Shown: positions 28,092-38,458, counted from the first letter of the stretch. The stretch is 64,000 nt of DNA from an uncultured SAR86 cluster bacterium (GCA_902516285.1 CABXXT010000005.1:26064-90063); one strand, 5' to 3'. Notes: generated by a model not told the origin, from the letters alone. Program-made: numbers and translations.

Positions 28092-28514
28092 ATGAAAAAA
28101 TTTAATTCTTACCTTGAAGCAATAGCAAAACCACTTTATCCAATCACACCTTGGTTGCTCAGGCTATCACTTGGAACCTCATTTATTTTGCATGGCATTG
28201 GTAAATTTCCTTTACCGCCAGAAAAAATGGTCACATGGTTTGAAAGTATGGGTTACATGTATCCTGAAATTGTAACCACAATGGTTGCAGTGGGAGAGGT
28301 TGCAGCTGGCGCAGGTATTATTATCGGTGGCTTATTCAGTAATAGTTTTGGTAATGTAATTACAAGATTATCTGGAGGCGCAGTTGGGGTAATAATGATT
28401 GGAGCAATTCTGATCGCACATTCAGATTGGCTGGTCACTCAAAAATTATTTATGAGTGAGCAAATATTCTTATTTGTCATAGGCACATATTTCGCTATCA
28501 AAGGAAATAACTAG
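28092..28514 (+). CDS. DoxX-family membrane protein
   Basis: 140-aa ORF with four predicted TM helices and a DoxX-like N-terminus (LLRLSLGTSFILHGIGKF). Confidence 0.6.
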   Translation: MKKFNSYLEAIAKPLYPITPWLLRLSLGTSFILHGIGKFPLPPEKMVTWFESMGYMYPEIVTTMVAVGEVAAGAGIIIGGLFSNSFGNVITRLSGGAVGVIMIGAILIAHSDWLVTQKLFMSEQIFLFVIGTYFAIKGNN

Positions 28515-28577
28515 TAGCTATTGTCTAAGTTCTAAATCTTCTATTTAAAATACTTTTAAAATATATATATATTTTAC

Positions 28578-28606
28578 TTGCAAATCTAAATGAGAATCAT
28601 TATCAT
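28578..28606 (+). promoter_or_regulatory. candidate sigma-70 promoter of the second TonB-dependent receptor
   Basis: TTGCAA, a 17-nt spacer, then TATCAT. The Fur box covers the spacer and the -10 element. Confidence 0.45.
28586..28604. promoter_or_regulatory. Fur box upstream of the second TonB-dependent receptor
   Basis: CTAAATGAGAATCATTATC matches the Fur consensus at 15/19 positions (hand count). It is extended by a further CATTCTCATT half-site. Confidence 0.7.
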
Positions 28607-28614
28607 TCTCATTC

Positions 28615-28717
28615 ATGAAAGCTACTTTATTGGTCATTCCCCTAATAGTGTGCAGTTTTTTGAGAATTTAGTTTTAGTTATCAAAATTCTTTAGGCGATT
28701 TTAAAAGTAGCTTTCAT
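28615..28717 (+). repeat. 14-bp perfect inverted repeat enclosing 75 nt in the receptor 5' leader
   Basis: ATGAAAGCTACTTT (28615-28628) and AAAGTAGCTTTCAT (28704-28717) are exact reverse complements. The right arm ends about 15 nt before the AAGGAG RBS. Confidence 0.8.
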
Positions 28718-28746
28718 TTTTAATATAATTAAAAGGAGAATATTAA

Positions 28747-30960
28747 ATGAACAAGTTTGCAAAAAGTTTTTATGAAAACTCTTCACAATATTTAATTATT
28801 TTATTTCTAATCTTAGCTTCATTTAATTTGATTGCTCAAGATAGTGATGAATCAGAATATATTGAGTCTGTAACCATAATTGGTTCAAAAGAAGATGTTA
28901 AAGATCTTGCAGGTTCTGGAGCTGTAATTTCTAACGAAGATTTACAAAAAGCTATGGATACAGATATTCAGAAAATCTTGACTGCCGTTCCTGGTATTTA
29001 TATGAGAACAGAAGAAGGTTATGGTTTAAGGCCTAATATCTCTATTAGAGGAACAGCGATTGAAAGATCTGGCAAAGTAACTATTATGGAAGATGGTGTT
29101 TTAGTTGCACCAGCACCATATACTGCATCTTCTGCATATTATTTTCCAACAACTGGAAGGATTCATGCAGTAGAGGTTCTCAAAGGACCTGCTGTTGTTT
29201 CACAAGGCCCACAAACGATCGGTGGTGCAATAAACTTAATTAGCACACCAATACCAAAAGTTGCTTCAGGTAAATTTATCCAAGAAATTGGTGAAAATGG
29301 AATGACTAGAACTCATACATATTATGGAGCTAGCCAGGGAAATTTTGGAGCATTAGTCGAGATTCATGAACACGCTAGCGATGGTTATGATTCAATTGCA
29401 AATGTTGGTGGTGATACTGGATTTGATAAGTCAGATTTGATGATAAAAGCAAACTATACATCAGGTAATCACTCATTAACTTTTAAGAGAGTTGATTTAG
29501 ATGAGACATCTAATCAGTCTTATGTTGGTCTTTCACAGGCAAGTTTTAATGCCAATCCAAGAATGAGATATGGAGCAACAGCATACGATAAAATGATGAA
29601 TGATGGAGAGCAGACATCATTAACATATGAAGGATCTTTTAATAATTTTGATGTGAGATTTACTTCATGGCAGAACGATTATCACAGAGACTGGTTTAAA
29701 GTCAGTGATTTTAATAACGACTCAGAACATGGTGAAAGAGACGATATTAATGAGCTAATAAGTGATGCAAACAATGGCAGTGCAAATGCTCAAGCAATTT
29801 TAGATGGTGAGTTAGCTGTTGAAATAGAATATAAACATAATAATAGGTACTACACTAATGAAGGCTACCAATTCAATATTTCAACACAATTAGGCATTCA
29901 TGCTTTGACCGTTGGATATAGAGACATGGAAGACTCAGAGAGTAGAGTTCAGGCTCACGAATATGCAGACCAAGCTGCAGATGGCTCTTTATCTCCTTTA
30001 TATGGTTACATTGGATTAAATAATAGTAATAACAGATTAAGAGAATCAAGCGCAACTTCATATTATTTAGAGGATACGATGGATTTTGGCAAGCTTGCTA
30101 TAACAGTAGGATATAGATCAGAAGATTATGATCAACGACACAGAAGGTGGTCAGATCGTGCAGGACCAAACTTAACAATGGTTAGAACAGGTGAAGCTGA
30201 CAATAGAGATACCTTTGCTACAAACGATCATACAACATCAAGTTTTGGTGCAACATATGATCTTAATGATAATGTGATTCTTGTTGCAGGTTTTCATCAA
30301 GGAATGACACCAATGTTTGGTGCTGATCCAGAAGAAGCTGATAACATGGAGCTAGGCTTAAGATATTCTGAAGGATCAACAAATATTGAAGCTTTCTATT
30401 TTGAAAGTGATTATTCTCGACTTGCTGCAGAATGTACACTAGTTAGTGGTGCAGCTTGTGATGCAGATGAATCTGCAGTCTTTAGTGGTGGTGAAGCAGA
30501 TGTTTCAGGACTTGAATTTAGTGGGTCATGGATGCTCGAGGGTAACGGAGTAACTTATCCAATTTCAGTAAATTATACGAGTACAGATGCAACATTTGCT
30601 AATAGTTCTGAAAGTGATTATTTTGGAACAGTTGCAGCTGGTGATGATCTTCCCTATATCCCAGATTCACAAAGCTCAATTGTTGTTGGTTTTATAAATG
30701 ATAATGGGTTGAGTGGTAATGCTAGGCTCGTAAATGTAGGAAGTTCATGTTCACTTGCAGCATGCGGAACTTACAACAAAATCGAAGCACATAGCTATCT
30801 TGATTTAAGCCTTAGAAAAGCTCTAAATGAAGATATGGATGTTTATCTTATTTTAGAAAATACTCTTGATAGTGAAGACTTAATTTCAAGAGCTCCTTCT
30901 GAAGGTGCTAGGTCTCAAAAGCCTAGAACTATGAAAGTTGGATTTTCTATTAATTTTTAG
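28747..30960 (+). CDS. TonB-dependent outer-membrane receptor (iron-regulated; substrate unknown)
   Basis: 737-aa ORF with a signal peptide, plug motifs (ISIRGTAIERSGKVTIMEDGV, VEVLKGPAVVSQGPQTIGGAINL) and a C-terminal F. A Fur box lies upstream. Confidence 0.88.
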   Translation: MNKFAKSFYENSSQYLIILFLILASFNLIAQDSDESEYIESVTIIGSKEDVKDLAGSGAVISNEDLQKAMDTDIQKILTAVPGIYMRTEEGYGLRPNISIRGTAIERSGKVTIMEDGVLVAPAPYTASSAYYFPTTGRIHAVEVLKGPAVVSQGPQTIGGAINLISTPIPKVASGKFIQEIGENGMTRTHTYYGASQGNFGALVEIHEHASDGYDSIANVGGDTGFDKSDLMIKANYTSGNHSLTFKRVDLDETSNQSYVGLSQASFNANPRMRYGATAYDKMMNDGEQTSLTYEGSFNNFDVRFTSWQNDYHRDWFKVSDFNNDSEHGERDDINELISDANNGSANAQAILDGELAVEIEYKHNNRYYTNEGYQFNISTQLGIHALTVGYRDMEDSESRVQAHEYADQAADGSLSPLYGYIGLNNSNNRLRESSATSYYLEDTMDFGKLAITVGYRSEDYDQRHRRWSDRAGPNLTMVRTGEADNRDTFATNDHTTSSFGATYDLNDNVILVAGFHQGMTPMFGADPEEADNMELGLRYSEGSTNIEAFYFESDYSRLAAECTLVSGAACDADESAVFSGGEADVSGLEFSGSWMLEGNGVTYPISVNYTSTDATFANSSESDYFGTVAAGDDLPYIPDSQSSIVVGFINDNGLSGNARLVNVGSSCSLAACGTYNKIEAHSYLDLSLRKALNEDMDVYLILENTLDSEDLISRAPSEGARSQKPRTMKVGFSINF

Positions 30961-30972
30961 TATTTAGGAGAG

Positions 30973-31031
30973 AGGGGTGCTTATGTGTACCCCTGAAAAC
31001 TAAGGGGTGGTGTTTCATTACCCCTTTTTTT
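30973..31031 (+). terminator. double hairpin / rho-independent terminator after the receptor gene
   Basis: Two consecutive hairpins share the same GC-rich stem, AGGGGT...ACCCCT (30973-30994 and 31003-31025). The second is followed by T7. Confidence 0.75.
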
Positions 31032-31047
31032 ATGTTTAAATCGTTTT

Positions 31048-31590
31048 ATGAATGATTATTTAAAATATGACGATATCAAAATTTTCAAATATGAGAATTT
31101 ATATTTATCAATAATTTATACAATTGGGCATATTTTAATAGCAATAACATGCGTTAGGATTATTACTGGGGCTTCTTTTGATGTGGCAGCAATTGATGCA
31201 TTTATCGAACCCATAATAAATGGATTTTGGTTTTACTTCCTTTTAGTTTATTTAAAAAAAATATTTGTACTTAAGTTTGCAAATACTAGCAAATCATTTC
31301 TTAATGCCAATCAAATTGGAATTCTTTTAGCTGTTGTTTATACAGTTGGACATATCTTCATTGCAATGACGTGTAATAGAGTTTTAACTGGTGCGCCATT
31401 AAACTTGGCTGCAATCGATGCTTTAGTAGAACCCTTAATTAATGGTTTCTGGTTTTTTATTTTATTTAAAGTTTTTAATAAATTTAAAAGAAATAAAATT
31501 TCTAACTCTGTTGGTAAAATACAAAACTTTTCACAGACTTCTAAGGTTTCAAAACTTGCACCAATAAATAACAAAAAACATACAGAATAA
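31048..31590 (+). CDS. membrane protein with two tandem DUF2061-like repeats
   Basis: 180-aa ORF with an internal duplication: IIYTIGHILIAITCVRIITGASFDVAAIDAFIEPIINGFWFYFLL versus VVYTVGHIFIAMTCNRVLTGAPLNLAAIDALVEPLINGFWFFILF. Confidence 0.6.
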   Translation: MNDYLKYDDIKIFKYENLYLSIIYTIGHILIAITCVRIITGASFDVAAIDAFIEPIINGFWFYFLLVYLKKIFVLKFANTSKSFLNANQIGILLAVVYTVGHIFIAMTCNRVLTGAPLNLAAIDALVEPLINGFWFFILFKVFNKFKRNKISNSVGKIQNFSQTSKVSKLAPINNKKHTE

Positions 31591-31634
31591 ATCTACAAAA
31601 CTCTTTTAATAAAGTACAATAACCAACCTTGTGT

Positions 31635-31710
31635 GGGGCTATAGCTCAGCTGGGAGAGCACCTGCTTTGCAAGCAGGGGGTCCGCGGTTCGATCCCGCGT
31701 AGCTCCACCA
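31635..31710 (+). tRNA. tRNA-Ala (anticodon TGC)
   Basis: 76 nt with acceptor GGGGCTA/TAGCTCC including the G3.U70 identity pair, anticodon loop TTTGCAA, T-loop TTCGATC and encoded CCA. Confidence 0.95.
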
Positions 31711-31828
31711 TTATATATATAAATTACTTAATATAAAGAAATGTGTTATTAAAATGCTTTTTTTTTGGTTATTTTAATAGTATATTTATGTTTTATATTA
31801 TCTACAAACTGCACATTTAAACTTTTAA

Positions 31829-33985
<2,157 letters not shown>

Positions 33986-33986
33986 T

Positions 33987-35240
33987 TTATTTAACCTTTA
34001 GCAAGCCTGAAAATGTTAGTGACTGGAATAACCTTATTCCAGTTACTGCTAATGTATTAGCAAGTAATTGAGCTAAAAGAAGCTTTGTAGAAAGTAGTTC
34101 AAAACTAAGAAGCTCAAAATAAAGAATAGAAAAAATTGAGACTACAGAAAAGTACAAAATTAATTGGTAAGCATTAGTATTTGATTGCATCAAGTATCCA
34201 GTAAGAGATGTTAGAGCAATAATAAATATTCCAAACGTAATAATTTCGCTATAAGCATGATTAGATATAAAAGTGATTACCGCTCCAGATACTAAGATCG
34301 TGAACAGCATTTGAAAAAAGCTAAATAGTTTGATATCAGTTGTTATCTCTGGATTAAACTTTTTATAGAACTCATTTGGATTCTTTTCTTCTATGCAATC
34401 CTCTGGTCTCCAATAAGTCTTAGAGAACCATACCTTAAATTTATCTTTCCAAGATTTAGTTTTTATTGTGTCTTTAATCATAATTGAAAAAACTTGAAAA
34501 TTTGCCCATAGTGGATTCCAGCTATTTAATGGTGTTGCCGTTCCGTATACTGGTTTAATATCTGATCTTTGAGGGTTATAGGTTCCAAACATTCGGTCCC
34601 AAATTATAAAAACACCACCATAATTAGCATCAATATACTCTTTATTCTTCGCATGATGAATTCTGTGATTCATGGGTGTAATGAATATCTTTTCAAGAAA
34701 ACCTAAATGACCAATATGTTCTGTATGAACCCAAAATTGATAAACTAAATTTACTCCTGCAACTGTAATAAATACCTCACCTGGAACCCCAAGTATTATC
34801 ATTGGCATATAAAATATCCATTTCCAAAGCCAACCAGTGCTAGTTTGTCTTAGGGCGGTGGCTAAATTGTAGTCTTCACCGTGATGATGAACGCTATGAG
34901 TTGCCCATAAGATTTTAATTTCGTGATGCATTCTATGCATCCAATAATATGAAAGATCATATAAAAGGAACGCTATAATCCATGTAAATGGATTTTTTAC
35001 AGAAAGTAACTCCATATTTAAGTACGAACTAATGTAGACAAATATTACACTTTGTACTCCAAGATTTAACATTGTTGGGAATCGACTAATCATTCCAACA
35101 GTAATACTCGTGACTGTGTCGTTTAAGCGATAAGTATTTTTACCAACGTATCTTCCATAAAAATACTCAATAATAATAAGTAAAAAAAACACTGGTATTG
35201 CAAGTGTTATTATCATTGATTTGTCTGTGACTACTTCCAT
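33987..35240 (-). CDS. membrane fatty-acid hydroxylase / sterol-desaturase-family protein with extra C-terminal membrane domain
   Basis: 417-aa ORF with three His boxes (HRMHHE, HSVHHH, HRIHHA) in the first roughly 230 residues. About 130 additional hydrophobic C-terminal residues end in YFELLSFELLSTKLLLAQLL. Confidence 0.7.
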   Translation of the reverse strand: MEVVTDKSMIITLAIPVFFLLIIIEYFYGRYVGKNTYRLNDTVTSITVGMISRFPTMLNLGVQSVIFVYISSYLNMELLSVKNPFTWIIAFLLYDLSYYWMHRMHHEIKILWATHSVHHHGEDYNLATALRQTSTGWLWKWIFYMPMIILGVPGEVFITVAGVNLVYQFWVHTEHIGHLGFLEKIFITPMNHRIHHAKNKEYIDANYGGVFIIWDRMFGTYNPQRSDIKPVYGTATPLNSWNPLWANFQVFSIMIKDTIKTKSWKDKFKVWFSKTYWRPEDCIEEKNPNEFYKKFNPEITTDIKLFSFFQMLFTILVSGAVITFISNHAYSEIITFGIFIIALTSLTGYLMQSNTNAYQLILYFSVVSIFSILYFELLSFELLSTKLLLAQLLANTLAVTGIRLFQSLTFSGLLKVK

Positions 35241-35250
35241 ATTATGAATA

Positions 35251-36069
35251 TTATAGTTGTTTTTGTTGTAATGCTCTTAATGCACCTAGTACATTACCAT
35301 ATTCTCTATTTTCTTCAAATATTCCATTAATATTTGCTAATTTAAGCCTATCCTCAATTCCTTTTTTTATTGTTTCTATCTGAGATGTTCTGCCCATAAA
35401 ATAAACTTCTTTCTGACCACATACAATGGCATTAAGATAAGCTATAGTCCCAATTACTTCACCAATCATATTTGATAGCGATGCCGCAATATCAGATGGA
35501 TTATGATCTTTAGAAGATCTTCCTTTAAGAAAATTTGAGGCTGAAATCTCAGGATACAAAGAGCCTATTTCGTTTACAGCTTCGCCAATAAGAAGATCAA
35601 GGTTTTGTCTATTACCTTTTTGAGATAGCTCTTCAAGTTCTGAGACCTCTGTAGTATTTAAAATGTAATTTGATAAGCCTAAAAGAGTACCGCCACCTAT
35701 TGAAATTCCGCCAAGATGGTTAAACTTATTATCATCATGAAAGATACATGCTGTTCCAGTTCCGGCACTAACTGCTACAAAAGGTTTGTTTTTTAAATCA
35801 TATAATTCCAATGCACCATATCCAATAGCATCAACTTCATTCACTTTAATAATTGGAATATTTTTGATTGAATTTGAGAGATCACTTGATTTACCACCAG
35901 TAACTGCAATTTTTTCTAAATTTGTTGTATCTACATCAATGTAGTGAAGTATTTTGTCAAGAATTTCATCATTAATTTGCTCTGATGGCATTGAAAAAAA
36001 TTCTTTATCTCCGTTATCAGAAATTACAATATCTGTATTTGATGTTCCAAAATCAATTCCAATTATCAT
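35251..36069 (-). CDS. type II pantothenate kinase (CoaW / fumble family), ASKHA fold
   Basis: 272-aa ORF collinear by eye with S. aureus CoaW (IGIDFGTSNTDIV; AVTGGKS; VDAIGYGA; VSAGTGTACIF...LGGISIGGGTLLGLSNYIL; GNRQNLDLLIGE; YFMGRT...GNVLGALRAL). Confidence 0.7.
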   Translation of the reverse strand: MIIGIDFGTSNTDIVISDNGDKEFFSMPSEQINDEILDKILHYIDVDTTNLEKIAVTGGKSSDLSNSIKNIPIIKVNEVDAIGYGALELYDLKNKPFVAVSAGTGTACIFHDDNKFNHLGGISIGGGTLLGLSNYILNTTEVSELEELSQKGNRQNLDLLIGEAVNEIGSLYPEISASNFLKGRSSKDHNPSDIAASLSNMIGEVIGTIAYLNAIVCGQKEVYFMGRTSQIETIKKGIEDRLKLANINGIFEENREYGNVLGALRALQQKQL

Positions 36070-36080
36070 ATTTGTCTAAT

Positions 36081-38288
36081 TTATTCAGATGCACCTTCAG
36101 GCCATGCCATTGGAATTTGTTGTTGAGGATTAAATACATTAATACCATCAACTGGATACGCATTTGCAGCAGAATCAATTTCTCTTTGATTTAAAAATTC
36201 ACTTGGAACAAGTTTAAAAACATCAAGACCTCTTGTTATTTCAGTTCCATAAATAAATCCTTTATAAAAATAAGTTGACCAGTAACCACCAGTTATTAGT
36301 AAATCTTCTAAAATTGGACCCCTATCAAAATATGCTATTTCAATTGGATTGCTTGAATCAGTAAAATCCATTATTGACATTCCACCTTGGTACCAGGCTT
36401 GAACAAAAATATCTCTATTTGGAATAGGGACTATTGAGCCATTATGCGCTACACAATTTTCAGTTTCTAACTGAGGGGCAGGCATTTTATAGTGACTTCT
36501 AAATTCTAACTTGTTATCAACAATATCGTATATAGCATCTGCACCCCAATCTAAAGGATCCCATGCTCTACATCTAGCACGACCACCACCACCCCATTCA
36601 TCTGTAAATATTACTTTTGTTCCGTCATTATTAAACGTTGCGGAGTGCCAGTATGCAAAACCTACATCAGTCACAACATCAAGCCTTGAAGGATTGTAGG
36701 GGTCAGTTATATCAAATAAGATTCCATTACCTGAGCAAGCACCTGCAGCGATATTGGCTGAGGGAAAAACTGTAATATCATGACACTGATCTGTAGGGTT
36801 AGTATCCTGAGTATCACCACCATGATCACCACCGCGCCACAAACCAGCAACATTTCCAGTTTCAATATCAGTAAAGACAGCTGGACTTTTTACAATCTTA
36901 GAGCTTGATGGATCATTAATTGGTATCTCAATAATATCAATTGTAAAGTAAGAAGAACCACCTCCAGTCCATCCCAAGCATGATGATAATTCTTCATTAT
37001 CTCTTACACGACCTGTTCCAGAATTATAAATAATAATTTTATTTTCAGATGTTGAACTAGACACAACAGAATGGGTATGTGATCCCCTGCAGGTTTGTAC
37101 AGCACCAACCTGTCTAGGTTTTGACAAATTTGAAATATCAAAAATTCTAATGCCTCTAAATCTTTCAGGACTAGCATCACTTCCTATACCTTCTAGACCG
37201 CAGTCAATTCTGCTTCTGTTTTCTTCAACAGACATAATGAGAAGGTTTCCAACAATTGAGACATCTCCTTGTCCCCCTGGACAAACGACTGATGAGATAA
37301 GTTCAGGAATACCATCTGATTTAAGATTATAGATATTAAAACCGTGATAACTCCCGGCTACCATGACATCATCTTTAAATGCCATATCAGTATTTGCAAA
37401 ACTTAACATAGGCCTTCTTAAAGAACGGGACATTTCTTCAGTTGTTTTATCAGAATTATCCTCTGTCAAATCTTCAGAGCCTTTGGCAGATGGGTTCTTG
37501 GGATCAAAAAACCCAGATGGTTTTTTTAATGAAGCAATTAACTCAAGGTTTAGTATGGCCTCATCAGCAATATATAAACCGGGTGAAAGTCCTGATCTTG
37601 GATCATCAGATATATTGACTGCTATAGTATTCATTCTCTCTATCTCAATACCTTGATCATTAACTAAATCTGATACGAACTCATTTAAAATTGGGTCATA
37701 GGCTGACCCAGGATATTTCTTTAATTCCTTGACCATTTCCAATGCCCCATAATGGTGTGCAATCATTAATTGTAAAAACAATCTATCAAAGTCTGAGCTA
37801 TCTGACATTTCAAGTTTATCAACTTGCATTTTTGATGCCATTCCAACCATTTTTAAGTGCATATGATCCATATGATTATGGCTATTTATTTTAGTTTCGT
37901 ATTCATCTCTTTCTTTGAGCCAACTACCCATAAAATTGATTTCATCTTCTTGGGAAACCTCTATTCTTTTTGCCAATTCTAGAATTACTTTATTATTAGT
38001 TCTATTTTCAGCCATATTTGACATAACAATGGCCTGTTGATGATGAATTATCATACCCTGAAGAAAATTTACATCTGCTTTAATATAAGAAGTGTTTGCT
38101 ATATTGGTGGCATCTTCTTCATTAAGGCTTTTTGAAGGCTCACCTGGGGCACCGGGTTGGATTATTGGTGCGTCTGAACTATCCTCATTTGAATAGAGCA
38201 TATTATTTGAAAAAGTTAAAACAAGAAAAGTAAATAAGACTTGTTTATACATAGATGTTAGGTAATTATTTATCTTCATCATCTTCAA
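36081..38288 (-). CDS. secreted DUF305 (four-helix, His-rich) domain fused to an LVIVD-repeat beta-propeller
   Basis: 735-aa ORF. The N-terminus carries DUF305 motifs (FLQGMIIHHQQAIVMS; FLQLMIAHHYGALEMV) and a His/Met tract (NSHNHMDHMHLKMVGM). The C-terminus has repeated ...G(I/L)x(I/V)(F/M)D(I/F)(S/T)(N/D)xxxP... units. The signal peptide fits better from M13 (38252). Confidence 0.65.
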   Translation of the reverse strand: MKMMKINNYLTSMYKQVLFTFLVLTFSNNMLYSNEDSSDAPIIQPGAPGEPSKSLNEEDATNIANTSYIKADVNFLQGMIIHHQQAIVMSNMAENRTNNKVILELAKRIEVSQEDEINFMGSWLKERDEYETKINSHNHMDHMHLKMVGMASKMQVDKLEMSDSSDFDRLFLQLMIAHHYGALEMVKELKKYPGSAYDPILNEFVSDLVNDQGIEIERMNTIAVNISDDPRSGLSPGLYIADEAILNLELIASLKKPSGFFDPKNPSAKGSEDLTEDNSDKTTEEMSRSLRRPMLSFANTDMAFKDDVMVAGSYHGFNIYNLKSDGIPELISSVVCPGGQGDVSIVGNLLIMSVEENRSRIDCGLEGIGSDASPERFRGIRIFDISNLSKPRQVGAVQTCRGSHTHSVVSSSTSENKIIIYNSGTGRVRDNEELSSCLGWTGGGSSYFTIDIIEIPINDPSSSKIVKSPAVFTDIETGNVAGLWRGGDHGGDTQDTNPTDQCHDITVFPSANIAAGACSGNGILFDITDPYNPSRLDVVTDVGFAYWHSATFNNDGTKVIFTDEWGGGGRARCRAWDPLDWGADAIYDIVDNKLEFRSHYKMPAPQLETENCVAHNGSIVPIPNRDIFVQAWYQGGMSIMDFTDSSNPIEIAYFDRGPILEDLLITGGYWSTYFYKGFIYGTEITRGLDVFKLVPSEFLNQREIDSAANAYPVDGINVFNPQQQIPMAWPEGASE

Positions 38289-38454
38289 TTATTTCTTCTG
38301 ATTCACCTTCAATAATATTGTCAGATTTCTGATCTCCAAATCTATTTATTCTATTGCTTCTATTAAGTTGTTTACTTGACGCTTTTACTTTTGCCAGCTT
38401 GAAAAACGCATATAAAGATAGAACTGCTAAGAGTCCAAATACTATAGAGTTCAA
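38266..38454 (-). CDS. small single-pass membrane protein with acidic C-terminal tail (hypothetical)
   Basis: 62-aa ORF with one TM helix (IVFGLLAVLSLYAFF), then a basic stretch and the tail GESEEIIEDDEDK. The TTG start is 4 nt after the upstream stop and no ATG is available. Coding status is uncertain. Confidence 0.35.
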   Translation of the reverse strand: MNSIVFGLLAVLSLYAFFKLAKVKASSKQLNRSNRINRFGDQKSDNIIEGESEEIIEDDEDK

Positions 38455-38458
38455 CGTT

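Noticed and set aside
28615-28746. Cobalamin (B12) or TPP riboswitch in the leader of the second TonB-dependent receptor
   Set aside because: I could not find a B12-box-like core or the TPP CUGAGA/ACCUGA-type conserved elements. The element is kept only as an unclassified inverted repeat.
16993-31710. A genomic island bounded by the two tRNA genes (tRNA-CAT and tRNA-Ala), carrying iron-uptake and methyl-metabolism genes
   Set aside because: I saw no integrase, no direct repeat of either tRNA 3' end and no obvious compositional break. A core gene (hflX) lies inside the interval. Individual modules may be accessory, but a single island is not supported.
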